From Bacteroidales bacterium (lineage in GTDB: Bacteria; Bacteroidota; Bacteroidia; Bacteroidales; UBA932): DNA of 40,769 nucleotides. The position numbers and the translations under genes are program-made. The notes beneath the pieces were generated by a model that saw nothing but the letters and a program-made list of their open reading frames with translations, had not been told where the DNA came from and made no database searches. This document shows, piece by piece, positions 16,958 to 24,585 of the stretch. The DNA lies in contig JAFYZI010000172.1 in the NCBI GenBank assembly GCA_017548725.1, forward strand, positions 1 to 40,769, read 5' to 3'. Numbering within the stretch: position 1 is the first letter of the stretch; each line of letters starts with the position of its first letter.

Positions 16958-17881
16958 TTACGGGACTATGATGCGCAGGGCGTGCGGCAGCATCGTGACC
17001 GAAACGGGGCAGAAGCCAACGGCCTCTCCGTCAACTTCAACCTTGGCGGTGGGGAAGGTCTCGACGTGAACCTCTTTTGCCTTGGTGTGGATTACCTGCT
17101 TGATGGTAAATATGTCGCCGGAGTAAAGTTTCTTGATGTTGAAGAGGACTTTCAGCTTGGGTATTTTCTTTATGACCGTCACTTCCAGCAGACCGTCGTC
17201 CGGGAGGGCTTCGGGAGTCTGCATCATGCCGCCGCCGGAGAATTTGCCGATGCCGAATGCGGTCGAGAAGACCGGCCCTTCATAGAACCTGTGGCCGTCG
17301 ACGTCGACCTTGAAACGCTTGTTGGTATAGCCGAAGAATGCCCTCAGCAGTCCCCTTACGTAGAGGCTGCTGCCTGTCTTGCCTTCGTCTTTGTAACTGT
17401 CGACCTTGAAGCATACGTTAGCATCGAAACCGAGGCCTCCGATATTGACCATGAAGCGGGTGTTTTCCTTGCCGTTCTTCGTTGAATGAACCTCGGCCAG
17501 ATCCTGGATCTTCGTGTGGCCTGCAGCGATGAGGTCGACAGCCTGCTTGTGGTCGGTGGTCACTCCCCATTCGCGGCCCCAGTCGTTGCCGGTGCCGACA
17601 GGTATCACGGCCAGCAGCACCTCCGGATCATGGGTGTTGAGGCTCATGATGCCGGATACCACCTCGTGGATGGTGCCGTCACCGCCGACTGCGATGAACT
17701 TGCGGTATCCCTCCTGGTAGGCTTGCTTAACCAGGTCGATGGAGTTGTATTTGAACTGGGAAAATTCGCTTGAGAACTTGATGCCGGCGGCATTGAGCAG
17801 ATTGCTTATTTCGTCCCATTCTCTGCTCCCCCTGCCGCTTCCTGCATTGGGGTTGACAATTACTTTCCAGATGTCTTGCAT
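16958..17881 (-). CDS. Diacylglycerol/lipid kinase family protein (YegS/BmrU/DagK type)
   Basis: It contains VIVNPNAGSGRG, FIAVGGDGTIHEV and PVGTGNDW, the motifs of the DAGK catalytic domain. Confidence 0.85.
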   Translation of the reverse strand: MQDIWKVIVNPNAGSGRGSREWDEISNLLNAAGIKFSSEFSQFKYNSIDLVKQAYQEGYRKFIAVGGDGTIHEVVSGIMSLNTHDPEVLLAVIPVGTGNDWGREWGVTTDHKQAVDLIAAGHTKIQDLAEVHSTKNGKENTRFMVNIGGLGFDANVCFKVDSYKDEGKTGSSLYVRGLLRAFFGYTNKRFKVDVDGHRFYEGPVFSTAFGIGKFSGGGMMQTPEALPDDGLLEVTVIKKIPKLKVLFNIKKLYSGDIFTIKQVIHTKAKEVHVETFPTAKVEVDGEAVGFCPVSVTMLPHALRIIVP

Positions 17882-17914
17882 GGTTTAGGTGCTGTGCTGA
17901 AAATTCGCTGTTGT

Positions 17915-17922
17915 CAAATGTA
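17915..17922 (-). promoter_or_regulatory. Putative -7 promoter element (TACATTTG on the minus strand) for the lipid kinase gene
   Basis: The plus strand reads CAAATGTA. It lies 33 nt upstream of the ATG at 17881. Confidence 0.35.
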
Positions 17923-17953
17923 GCATATTTAAGAATTATAAACAAAGATTTTG

Positions 17954-17961
17954 TAAATTTG
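17954..17961 (+). promoter_or_regulatory. Putative -7 promoter element (TAAATTTG) for the parAB operon
   Basis: It is an exact TAnnTTTG match 31 nt upstream of the parA ATG at 17993. Confidence 0.4.
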
Positions 17962-17992
17962 CCAGATATAGTATTAACAGCATTTTGTAGAA

Positions 17993-18760
17993 ATGGGAAA
18001 GGTTATAGCCATAGCAAATCAAAAGGGTGGAGTGGGAAAAACCACTACCGCGATCAATCTGGCGGCATCTCTGGCAGTGATGGAGAAGAAAACTCTGCTG
18101 ATAGATGCCGATCCTCAGGCCAATACGACTTCCGGCCTGAATTTCAATCCCGATTCAGATTCGATGCGGACCCTGTATGAAGTGCTGATAGGGCAGATAG
18201 ATGTAGCCGAAACTTTGCTGGATACAGATCTCGCCTGCCTGCAGGTGGTGCCTTCGCACATCAATCTTGTCGGCGCCGAGATCGAGCTGCTGAATGTCGA
18301 CCAGCGCGAGTCTGTGATGAAAAACTGCCTGGCTGGGATCAGGGACAGCTATGACTATGTCATCATCGACTGCTCTCCTTCGCTCGGCCTGATCACAGTC
18401 AATGCGCTCACTGCCGCCGACAGCGTGATTATTCCCGTGCAGCCCGAGTATTTTGCACTGGAAGGCCTCGGCAAGCTTCTGAACACCATCAAGCTGGTGC
18501 AGAACAAGCTCAATCCGACCCTTTCTATCGAAGGCTTCCTGTTCACCATGTTCGACAGCCGCCTGAGGCTTCACAACCAGGTGGTGGAAGAGGTCAAGAG
18601 CCATTTCTCAGACATGGTGTTCAAGACTATGATCAGCCGAAACGTGCGGCTCAGCGAGGCTCCGTCACACGGCAAGCCGGCCATCCTCTACGATGTGATT
18701 TCATCCGGCTCCAACAACTACATGAGCCTTGCCCAGGAAATTGTAAAAAAGAACTCATAA
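17993..18760 (+). CDS. parA: Chromosome partitioning ATPase ParA/Soj
   Basis: It contains [22 protein letters not shown] (deviant Walker A), IIDCSPSLG and a P-loop NTPase layout. Confidence 0.92.
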   Translation: MGKVIAIANQKGGVGKTTTAINLAASLAVMEKKTLLIDADPQANTTSGLNFNPDSDSMRTLYEVLIGQIDVAETLLDTDLACLQVVPSHINLVGAEIELLNVDQRESVMKNCLAGIRDSYDYVIIDCSPSLGLITVNALTAADSVIIPVQPEYFALEGLGKLLNTIKLVQNKLNPTLSIEGFLFTMFDSRLRLHNQVVEEVKSHFSDMVFKTMISRNVRLSEAPSHGKPAILYDVISSGSNNYMSLAQEIVKKNS

Positions 18761-18761
18761 T

Positions 18762-19670
18762 ATGTCCACCACCAAGAGAAATGCGCTCGGACGAGGGCTC
18801 GGCGCCTTGCTCCAGGATGCAGAAACGATTCAGCGCAACAGCGAGAAGGCTGTCTCTTCAGCCTCAAAACAAGTGTCTGCCGGAGTGGAGCTGCCTCTCG
18901 ACGAGATAGAGCCCAATCCCTATCAGCCGCGAACCTCTTTTGATGCCGAATCTATCAATGAGCTGGCCGATTCTATCCGTACCATCGGCATAGTCCAGCC
19001 CATCACGGTCCGCAAAGTGTCGGAAGGCCGGTATCAGATCATTTCCGGCGAGCGCCGTTACCGCGCTGCAAGGATGGCCGGTCTGAAAACTATCCCTTCA
19101 TACATCAGGGAGACCGACGACTCCGGCATGCTGGAGATGGCGATCGTGGAGAACATCCAGCGCGAGAATCTCGATGCCGTGGAGACTGCCCTTAGTTTCC
19201 GCCGTCTGATGGAGGAGTGCGGTTTCACCCAGGAGCAGATGGCCGACAGGGTGGGGAAGAAGAGGGCTACAGTTGCCAATTACCTCAGGCTGCTGAGCCT
19301 GCCGGCGGAGATCCAGAAAGCTCTGAAGCTGGACCGCATTTCAGTCGGACATGCCAAGGCTCTGCTGTCGCTTCCGGACGAGGAGAGCCAGATGGAGATG
19401 TGCACCAGGTGCGTTGCCGGCGACTGGTCGGTCCGCAAGCTGGAGCAGAAAGTCCGCGAAAGGCTGCTGAATCTCGACAAGAGCGAGGCTCCTGTCGAGA
19501 AAGAGCTTCCGGACGAGTATTACCGTGTGCTCGAGATAGTTGGAAAATATTTCCGCAACGACATATCCCTCAAGAGGGGTGCCGACGGCAGCGGCCGCAT
19601 CACAATCCGATTCAAAGGCGACGAAGAAATCGCACGATTTTTGAGGGCGTTGGAAAACAATATACTTTAA
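18762..19670 (+). CDS. parB: Chromosome partitioning protein ParB/Spo0J
   Basis: It contains LGRGLGALL, NPYQPR, QPI.VRK...YQIISGERRYRAA and IVENIQRENL (ParB boxes), plus an HTH region. It starts 1 nt after parA. Confidence 0.92.
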   Translation: MSTTKRNALGRGLGALLQDAETIQRNSEKAVSSASKQVSAGVELPLDEIEPNPYQPRTSFDAESINELADSIRTIGIVQPITVRKVSEGRYQIISGERRYRAARMAGLKTIPSYIRETDDSGMLEMAIVENIQRENLDAVETALSFRRLMEECGFTQEQMADRVGKKRATVANYLRLLSLPAEIQKALKLDRISVGHAKALLSLPDEESQMEMCTRCVAGDWSVRKLEQKVRERLLNLDKSEAPVEKELPDEYYRVLEIVGKYFRNDISLKRGADGSGRITIRFKGDEEIARFLRALENNIL

Positions 19671-19680
19671 GAGTTCCCAG

Positions 19681-20604
19681 GTGCGCAGGTTTATCACATC
19701 CATAATTCTGATATGTGCTGTATGTTTCAGCGCCCGCGCACAGTTCACCCAGAACACCGATATCACTGGCGGCCCTCCCGGCCGGAACGTCAGCAGCGGC
19801 GTCAATCCTGAGAGTGACGTGGTTGCCGACACCACCTCCGGCTTCTCTGTGAAGCAGATGGTGCGCGGCTTGCTGCGCAAGGAGCCCCTCAAGACCGGAT
19901 ATGCCCTGGCCAGCAATGCCATTCTTCCCGGCGTGATGCAGGTCTACAACAAAGACTACTGGAAGCTTCCGATTATCTACGGAGGCATCGGCACCGGCAT
20001 TTACTTCGGCGTCACCAGCCGCAACAAGTATATGGACACCGGCGAGAAGAAGTATTCTACTATCGCCGCGCTGAGCTTCGCCGGCGCCGGGGCGGTCTAT
20101 TGGGGGACACTGCTGGACGGAGTGGTGAGCCTGCCGACCGACGAGCATCCCGACCCGGCCAAAGCTGCGATCTATTCGGCTCTGCTGCCCGGCCTCGGCC
20201 AGGCATACAACGGCGACTGGTGGCACATTCCGATATGGTACGGCGGTCTGATGGTCTGCGCCTACACCTACCATTTCAACGACATGCAGTACAAGCGTTT
20301 CCGCTACATATACAACATGGCGACCGACTCCGGCAGCGGCTACACGGGCCACATCGCGGCTTCCCAGGCAAAGGTATACCGCGACCTCTACCGCCGCTAC
20401 CGCGACTATTCAATAGTGGCGTCGATAGTTGTCTACGCGCTGAACATCATCGATGCCAACGTTTTCGCCCACATGAGCGATTTCAATGTGAACGACGATC
20501 TGTCGTTTAATGTCAAACCTGCAATTATAGAGCCTCTGGACGGGCGTTACTTCGCTTCGAATTCTCCTCTGTCCTACGGCTTCCAAATGAACCTCACATT
20601 CTAG
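19681..20604 (+). CDS. DUF5683-type membrane-associated protein, conserved downstream of parB in Bacteroidales
   Basis: The signal peptide MRRFITSIILICAVCFSARAQ is reachable only from the GTG at 19681. The motif is duplicated: LPGVMQVYNKDYWKLPIIYGG and LPGLGQAYNGDWWHIPIWYGG. The family assignment is from memory of this motif. Confidence 0.65.
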   Translation: MRRFITSIILICAVCFSARAQFTQNTDITGGPPGRNVSSGVNPESDVVADTTSGFSVKQMVRGLLRKEPLKTGYALASNAILPGVMQVYNKDYWKLPIIYGGIGTGIYFGVTSRNKYMDTGEKKYSTIAALSFAGAGAVYWGTLLDGVVSLPTDEHPDPAKAAIYSALLPGLGQAYNGDWWHIPIWYGGLMVCAYTYHFNDMQYKRFRYIYNMATDSGSGYTGHIAASQAKVYRDLYRRYRDYSIVASIVVYALNIIDANVFAHMSDFNVNDDLSFNVKPAIIEPLDGRYFASNSPLSYGFQMNLTF

Positions 20605-20606
20605 AT

Positions 20607-22262
20607 ATGAAACAGATTACCCGGATCATCCTCTTTTCCATCATTCTCCTTTCACTCACCCCGACTCTTGCCAGCGCCCAGCGTCAGCTGTTCCAGCGCG
20701 GCAGATACCAGGACTCAGTGTTGATGCTGAAAATGAAGCTGGACTCCCTCCAGGCAGCATATGACGAGCTCTATCAGATTACTGTCCAGGGAGAGCCTAT
20801 CGACATGACGGACGACGAGGATGAGTTCTCGGTGGACGAGCCGGCCGAGGAGTTCCACAACACCGACTCGCTGCTGTCTATCTGGTATGTGGAGCACGAC
20901 ATGAGTTCGGCCGATTTCGAGCTTCCCAACGTCGATGACATAGTGCTTGTGTCAAACACTCCGGATTCTGTGTTCATTAACAGGCTCAACAAGATGAATT
21001 CGTTCATCAAGATCCCGTACAATCCGATCATCCGCAACTATATTGTCCAGTATACCGAGAAGATGCCCTCGAAGACTCAGAACATCCTCGGTCTTGCCCG
21101 CTACTGGATGCCCCAGTTCGAAGACATCTTCATGGAGTATGACCTGCCTCAGGAGCTCAAGGCTATGGCTGTCATCGAGTCGGCCCTCAACAGCCGTGCG
21201 GTGTCCCGCGCCAAGGCTAAGGGTATGTGGCAGTTCATCGCCACTACGGCCCGCCATTACAACCTCGAGATGACTTCTTATGTGGACGAGCGTTTCGACC
21301 CCATCAAGTCGTGCCGGGCTGCCGCCCAGTATCTCCGCGACGCTTATGACATCTTCGGCGACTGGGGTCTGGCCATCGCTTCTTACAACTGCGGTTCCGG
21401 TAATGTCAACAAGGCGATACGTCGCAGCGGCGGCGGCAAGGATTTCTGGGATGTCTACAATTATCTGCCCCGCGAGACCCGCGGCTACGTACCGGCCTTC
21501 GTGGCAGCATTGTACGTGCTGACTTACTATCCCGAGCATAATCTTGTTCCGGCCCAGCTGAGCATGCCGGCCCATGTGGATACCTTCATGATCAACCGCA
21601 ACCTGCACTTCGGCCAGATCAGCGAGAATATCGGCGTAAGCATGGAGGAGCTCAGGGACCTGAACCCCCAGTATCTCTACGACATCATTCCTGCCGATTC
21701 TCATGAATACATCCTCCGTCTCCCGTACAATTACACTATTCCTTTTGTGGACAAGGAGAATGAAATATACGGCTACAAGGATACTCTCTATTTCAATCCT
21801 GTCAAGCTGAAACAGATCCAGAACGGCACAGTGGCTACAGTGGCCAGCGGCAGCTACGTGACATATCAGGTCCGCAGCGGCGACACCCTTGGCGGCATCG
21901 CCCGCCGCTACGGCACTACTGTCAATAACTTGAAGAGCTGGAACAATTTGCGCAGCAATACCATCAGGGTGGGGCAGAGGCTCCGTATCTACGGCAAGGG
22001 CTCGTCGACATCTACTTCTACAAGCAGTTCGTCGTCATCGTCTACGGCCAAGGCGTCTTCTTCAACTTCTTCGAGTCAGGCCGCTCCGGCTACTACTTCT
22101 TCGGGCGGCTATGTGATGTATACTGTCAAGAAGGGTGATACGCTCTGGGCGATTGCAAATCAGTTTGACGGTGTGACTCTGCATGATATCTTGACTTTGA
22201 ATGGTTTTACCAAGAATACGAAGATTTACCCGGGAATGAAAATCAAGATAAAACCTCAATAA
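20607..22262 (+). CDS. Lytic murein transglycosylase (MltD-like) with two C-terminal LysM domains joined by a Ser/Thr-rich linker
   Basis: The SLT domain carries the catalytic region AVIESALNSRAVSRAKAKGMWQF and ...ASYNCGSGNV. The LysM repeats are YQVRSGDTLGGIARRYG and YTVKKGDTLWAIANQF. The poly-Ser/Thr linker is encoded around 21997-22107. Confidence 0.85.
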   Translation: MKQITRIILFSIILLSLTPTLASAQRQLFQRGRYQDSVLMLKMKLDSLQAAYDELYQITVQGEPIDMTDDEDEFSVDEPAEEFHNTDSLLSIWYVEHDMSSADFELPNVDDIVLVSNTPDSVFINRLNKMNSFIKIPYNPIIRNYIVQYTEKMPSKTQNILGLARYWMPQFEDIFMEYDLPQELKAMAVIESALNSRAVSRAKAKGMWQFIATTARHYNLEMTSYVDERFDPIKSCRAAAQYLRDAYDIFGDWGLAIASYNCGSGNVNKAIRRSGGGKDFWDVYNYLPRETRGYVPAFVAALYVLTYYPEHNLVPAQLSMPAHVDTFMINRNLHFGQISENIGVSMEELRDLNPQYLYDIIPADSHEYILRLPYNYTIPFVDKENEIYGYKDTLYFNPVKLKQIQNGTVATVASGSYVTYQVRSGDTLGGIARRYGTTVNNLKSWNNLRSNTIRVGQRLRIYGKGSSTSTSTSSSSSSSTAKASSSTSSSQAAPATTSSGGYVMYTVKKGDTLWAIANQFDGVTLHDILTLNGFTKNTKIYPGMKIKIKPQ

Positions 22263-22288
22263 TTTTTTGGTGTTTTCCATTTAAGTCC

Positions 22289-22296
22289 TATATTTG
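22289..22296 (+). promoter_or_regulatory. Putative -7 promoter element (TATATTTG) for tRNA-Phe
   Basis: It is an exact TAnnTTTG match ending 15 nt before the mature tRNA 5' end. Confidence 0.45.
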
Positions 22297-22311
22297 CGCT
22301 CCCAAACCAAA

Positions 22312-22384
<73 letters not shown>

Positions 22385-22389
22385 CAAAC

Positions 22390-22418
22390 AAAAAGCCCAG
22401 CGAATCGCTGGGCTTTTT
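22390..22418. terminator. Rho-independent terminator, bidirectional, serving tRNA-Phe on the plus strand and the convergent flavoprotein operon on the minus strand
   Basis: The sequence is AAAA-AGCCCAGCG-AAT-CGCTGGGCT-TTTT: a perfect 9-bp stem and 3-nt loop, flanked by A and T tracts. Confidence 0.75.
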
Positions 22419-22484
22419 GTATGTGGTGCCTTGGGCACCTATTTGACATTTGACTGGGAGTCATACGGGGCGTCTCGCCGGTAA

Positions 22485-23099
22485 CTACCTTATGAAATTC
22501 GTGGGGGTCCATGGCTCGGGGGAGCCGGGGGCGGGACGGGCGTCGGTGGCGGTGAGCAGCGCGGCCATGTTGGTGGCGAGGGTGCGCATGGTTTGCAGGC
22601 CTTCTGCGTCGAGAGCCGCCTGGCCGGGAGCACCGCCGTAGACTATGTTCCAGTACTGCGACGATACTATAGGCATGTTCAGCATCTGGAACGGCATGTT
22701 CAGCGCCTGGAAGACAGCAGTGGCGCCGCCGCGGCGGCATACGGCTACAGAAGCGGCCGGTTTTCCGCGGAAAGCGTCGCCGTTCGAATAGAACATCCTC
22801 TGCATGACGGCGAGCAGTGCGCCGTTCGGCTGGCCATAATAAACCGGCGAGCCGACAACAAGCGCGTCCGCCTCCTTCATCTTCGCAGAAAAGCCGTTGC
22901 AGACATCATCATCGAAAGCGCAGCCTTCAATGCCGGTGCGGCATCGTCCGCAGGCGATGCAGCCGCGCACCGGCTTGTTGCCGATCCATACAATCTCGCT
23001 CCCGATGCCGGACTTCTCCAGCTGGGCGGCTATCTCAGCAAGTGCGACATATGTATTGCCCTTCTGATGAGGGCTGCCGTTGATAAGCAGAACTTTCAT
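22485..23099 (-). CDS. Flavodoxin-fold NAD(P)H-dependent FMN reductase family protein with an Isf-type compact Cys motif (iron-sulfur flavoprotein-like)
   Basis: It starts MKVLLINGSPHQKGNT and has SPVYYG (flavodoxin-like fold). The motif C-IA-C-GR-C-RTGIEG-C equals CX2CX2CX6C, matching the Isf 4Fe-4S motif. No signal peptide is present. Confidence 0.72.
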   Translation of the reverse strand: MKVLLINGSPHQKGNTYVALAEIAAQLEKSGIGSEIVWIGNKPVRGCIACGRCRTGIEGCAFDDDVCNGFSAKMKEADALVVGSPVYYGQPNGALLAVMQRMFYSNGDAFRGKPAASVAVCRRGGATAVFQALNMPFQMLNMPIVSSQYWNIVYGGAPGQAALDAEGLQTMRTLATNMAALLTATDARPAPGSPEPWTPTNFIR

Positions 23100-23101
23100 G
23101 A

Positions 23102-23746
23102 CTAGTCTACGAACTTGATCTTGCCAAGGTCGCGGGGTTTTGCGGCAGGATCCTCGGCCGGATAGCCAAGGCCGATGATGATGCGGAGCTTGTAGCCCTC
23201 GCTGAAGTTCAGCTTGTCGAGATACGGCTTGGCTGCAGGCGAGCTGGTGAGGCTCATCACGGGGCCGGCCATTACGACAGAACCCAGGCCGAGAGACTTG
23301 GCTGCCAGGCAGACATTCTCGCCGAGCAGGCCTACGTTGATAAGCGCCATTCCGGAAGGATCGTCAGGACAGGCCACGGCGATAGCCGCGGTAGCATTGC
23401 GGAAAGCGTTGCGGAAATTGGGGTCGTTGCTGTCGCCTCCGAACATGCCGCCCTGCATGGCAGCAGTGGCGCCGTTGAACCAGTCCTCATCATCGATGAT
23501 GCGCACTTCCCAGTTCTGGCTGTTCATGGCGTTGGGGGCATTCACGCCGCATTCTGCAATCTGCTGCAGCAGCTCGCGGGGCACTGCCTGGTTGGTGTAT
23601 TGGCGCACCGAACGGCGGGCCATGATTGTTTCGATAACTTGATTACCCATATCAGAAGATTCGGTTGTTTTGTTGCTGACGATTACGCAGCCGGTCGCAG
23701 ACATCATGGCAGCAACCAGCGCAATGATAAAAAGGGCCCTTTTCAT
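23102..23746 (-). CDS. Nitroreductase family protein with an N-terminal lipoprotein-type signal peptide
   Basis: The signal peptide MKRALFIIALVAAMMSATGC has a lipobox. It is followed by IMARRSVRQYT and ...APNAMNSQNWE, the nitroreductase fold. I chose the start at 23746 rather than 23767. The stop lies 2 nt before the flavoprotein ATG. Confidence 0.78.
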   Translation of the reverse strand: MKRALFIIALVAAMMSATGCVIVSNKTTESSDMGNQVIETIMARRSVRQYTNQAVPRELLQQIAECGVNAPNAMNSQNWEVRIIDDEDWFNGATAAMQGGMFGGDSNDPNFRNAFRNATAAIAVACPDDPSGMALINVGLLGENVCLAAKSLGLGSVVMAGPVMSLTSSPAAKPYLDKLNFSEGYKLRIIIGLGYPAEDPAAKPRDLGKIKFVD

Positions 23747-23844
23747 AGTAAAACAGTTTTCGGCCAATTTACTGAAATAATCCTAAACCACCACTCTTAA
23801 TTGTGAATTTTCAGCTACCTTTAGCCCCTCAAATCAAAGCAACG

Positions 23845-24576
23845 ATGGAAAGAAACCGCTATGAATATGTGATACCCGCCCACGACGTGGACGGAAAGAT
23901 GCATTTCAGGATGGTAGCCCTGGAACGCGCGCTGCTCGCTGCTTCCGGCAAAGATGCCGACAAGCACGGTTTCGGCACGCTGAACCTGATCGGCGGAGAA
24001 GGCATCTCGTGGGTGCTGACCAAATTCGCAGTTGACATCAAAAGACTCCCCGTGGAGCAGGACAAGGTGACGATCGAGACATGGGTCGAAGGAGTGAACA
24101 GGCTGCTCACCACAAGGAATTTCATAATGCGCGACGAGGCCGGTGAGATCCTTTGCACGGCAACTACCGAATGGGCCATAATCGACCTGAAGACCCGCCG
24201 TCCGGTGAACGTCATAAGAGATACCAACATCGCAGACTACGCCACTGGCGAGACAGTCTCCGCAGAGCTGCCGGGCAAGCTGCCGCAGGCCTCCGGAGAT
24301 AACATCTATAGGCATAAGGTCGTCTACAGCGACATAGACTATAACGGACATACCAACAGTATGCAGTATGTCCAGTGGATAATGGATTCGTACCCCATAG
24401 ATCTGGTTTATGACAGGCAGGCCGAGAGATTCGAGATAGTCTATTCCAAGGAGGCCGTCTATGGTGAAGATATAGAAGTCTGCTACGAAGACGTGGCCGA
24501 CGACATGACCCTCTTCTCAGTGCGCTCGGCAGAAGGCTCGCACTTCGTCAGTGCACGAATCAAGTGGAAATCATAA
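23845..24576 (+). CDS. Acyl-[acyl-carrier-protein] thioesterase (FatA/B-like double hotdog fold)
   Basis: Its length and motifs fit the Acyl-ACP_TE family: YVIPAHDVD..G......L......AA..........G.SWVL and DIDYNGHTNSMQY. I trimmed the start from the GTG at 23803 to MERNRYEY. Confidence 0.78.
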   Translation: MERNRYEYVIPAHDVDGKMHFRMVALERALLAASGKDADKHGFGTLNLIGGEGISWVLTKFAVDIKRLPVEQDKVTIETWVEGVNRLLTTRNFIMRDEAGEILCTATTEWAIIDLKTRRPVNVIRDTNIADYATGETVSAELPGKLPQASGDNIYRHKVVYSDIDYNGHTNSMQYVQWIMDSYPIDLVYDRQAERFEIVYSKEAVYGEDIEVCYEDVADDMTLFSVRSAEGSHFVSARIKWKS

Positions 24577-24585
24577 GGAGGCGGC

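Noticed and set aside
17882-19700. I searched for a parS centromere site (TGTTTCACGTGAAACA-like palindrome) near parAB.
   Set aside because: Only isolated CACGTG cores occur in the window (for example near 1971, 2924, 25833 and 33216). None has the flanking GTTTCAC/GTGAAAC arms, so no credible parS is present.
21997-22107. A low-complexity TCN/ACN-rich DNA tract that looks like a simple-sequence repeat.
   Set aside because: It is in frame and encodes the Ser/Thr-rich flexible linker between the two LysM domains of the transglycosylase. It is not a regular tandem repeat or a phase-variation tract.
22424-22441. A small hairpin, GGTGCC-TTG-GGCACC, whose arm matches the 5' end of tRNA-Phe, considered as a possible att-like remnant.
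   Set aside because: The match is only 6 bp, with no extended similarity to the tRNA. It lies in the 3' untranslated spacer of the convergent operon and is most simply a chance palindrome.
22385-23800. A possible genomic island or integration site downstream of tRNA-Phe.
   Set aside because: There is no integrase, no direct repeat of the tRNA 3' end and no mobility genes. The flanking genes are ordinary redox enzymes, and a normal bidirectional terminator follows the tRNA.
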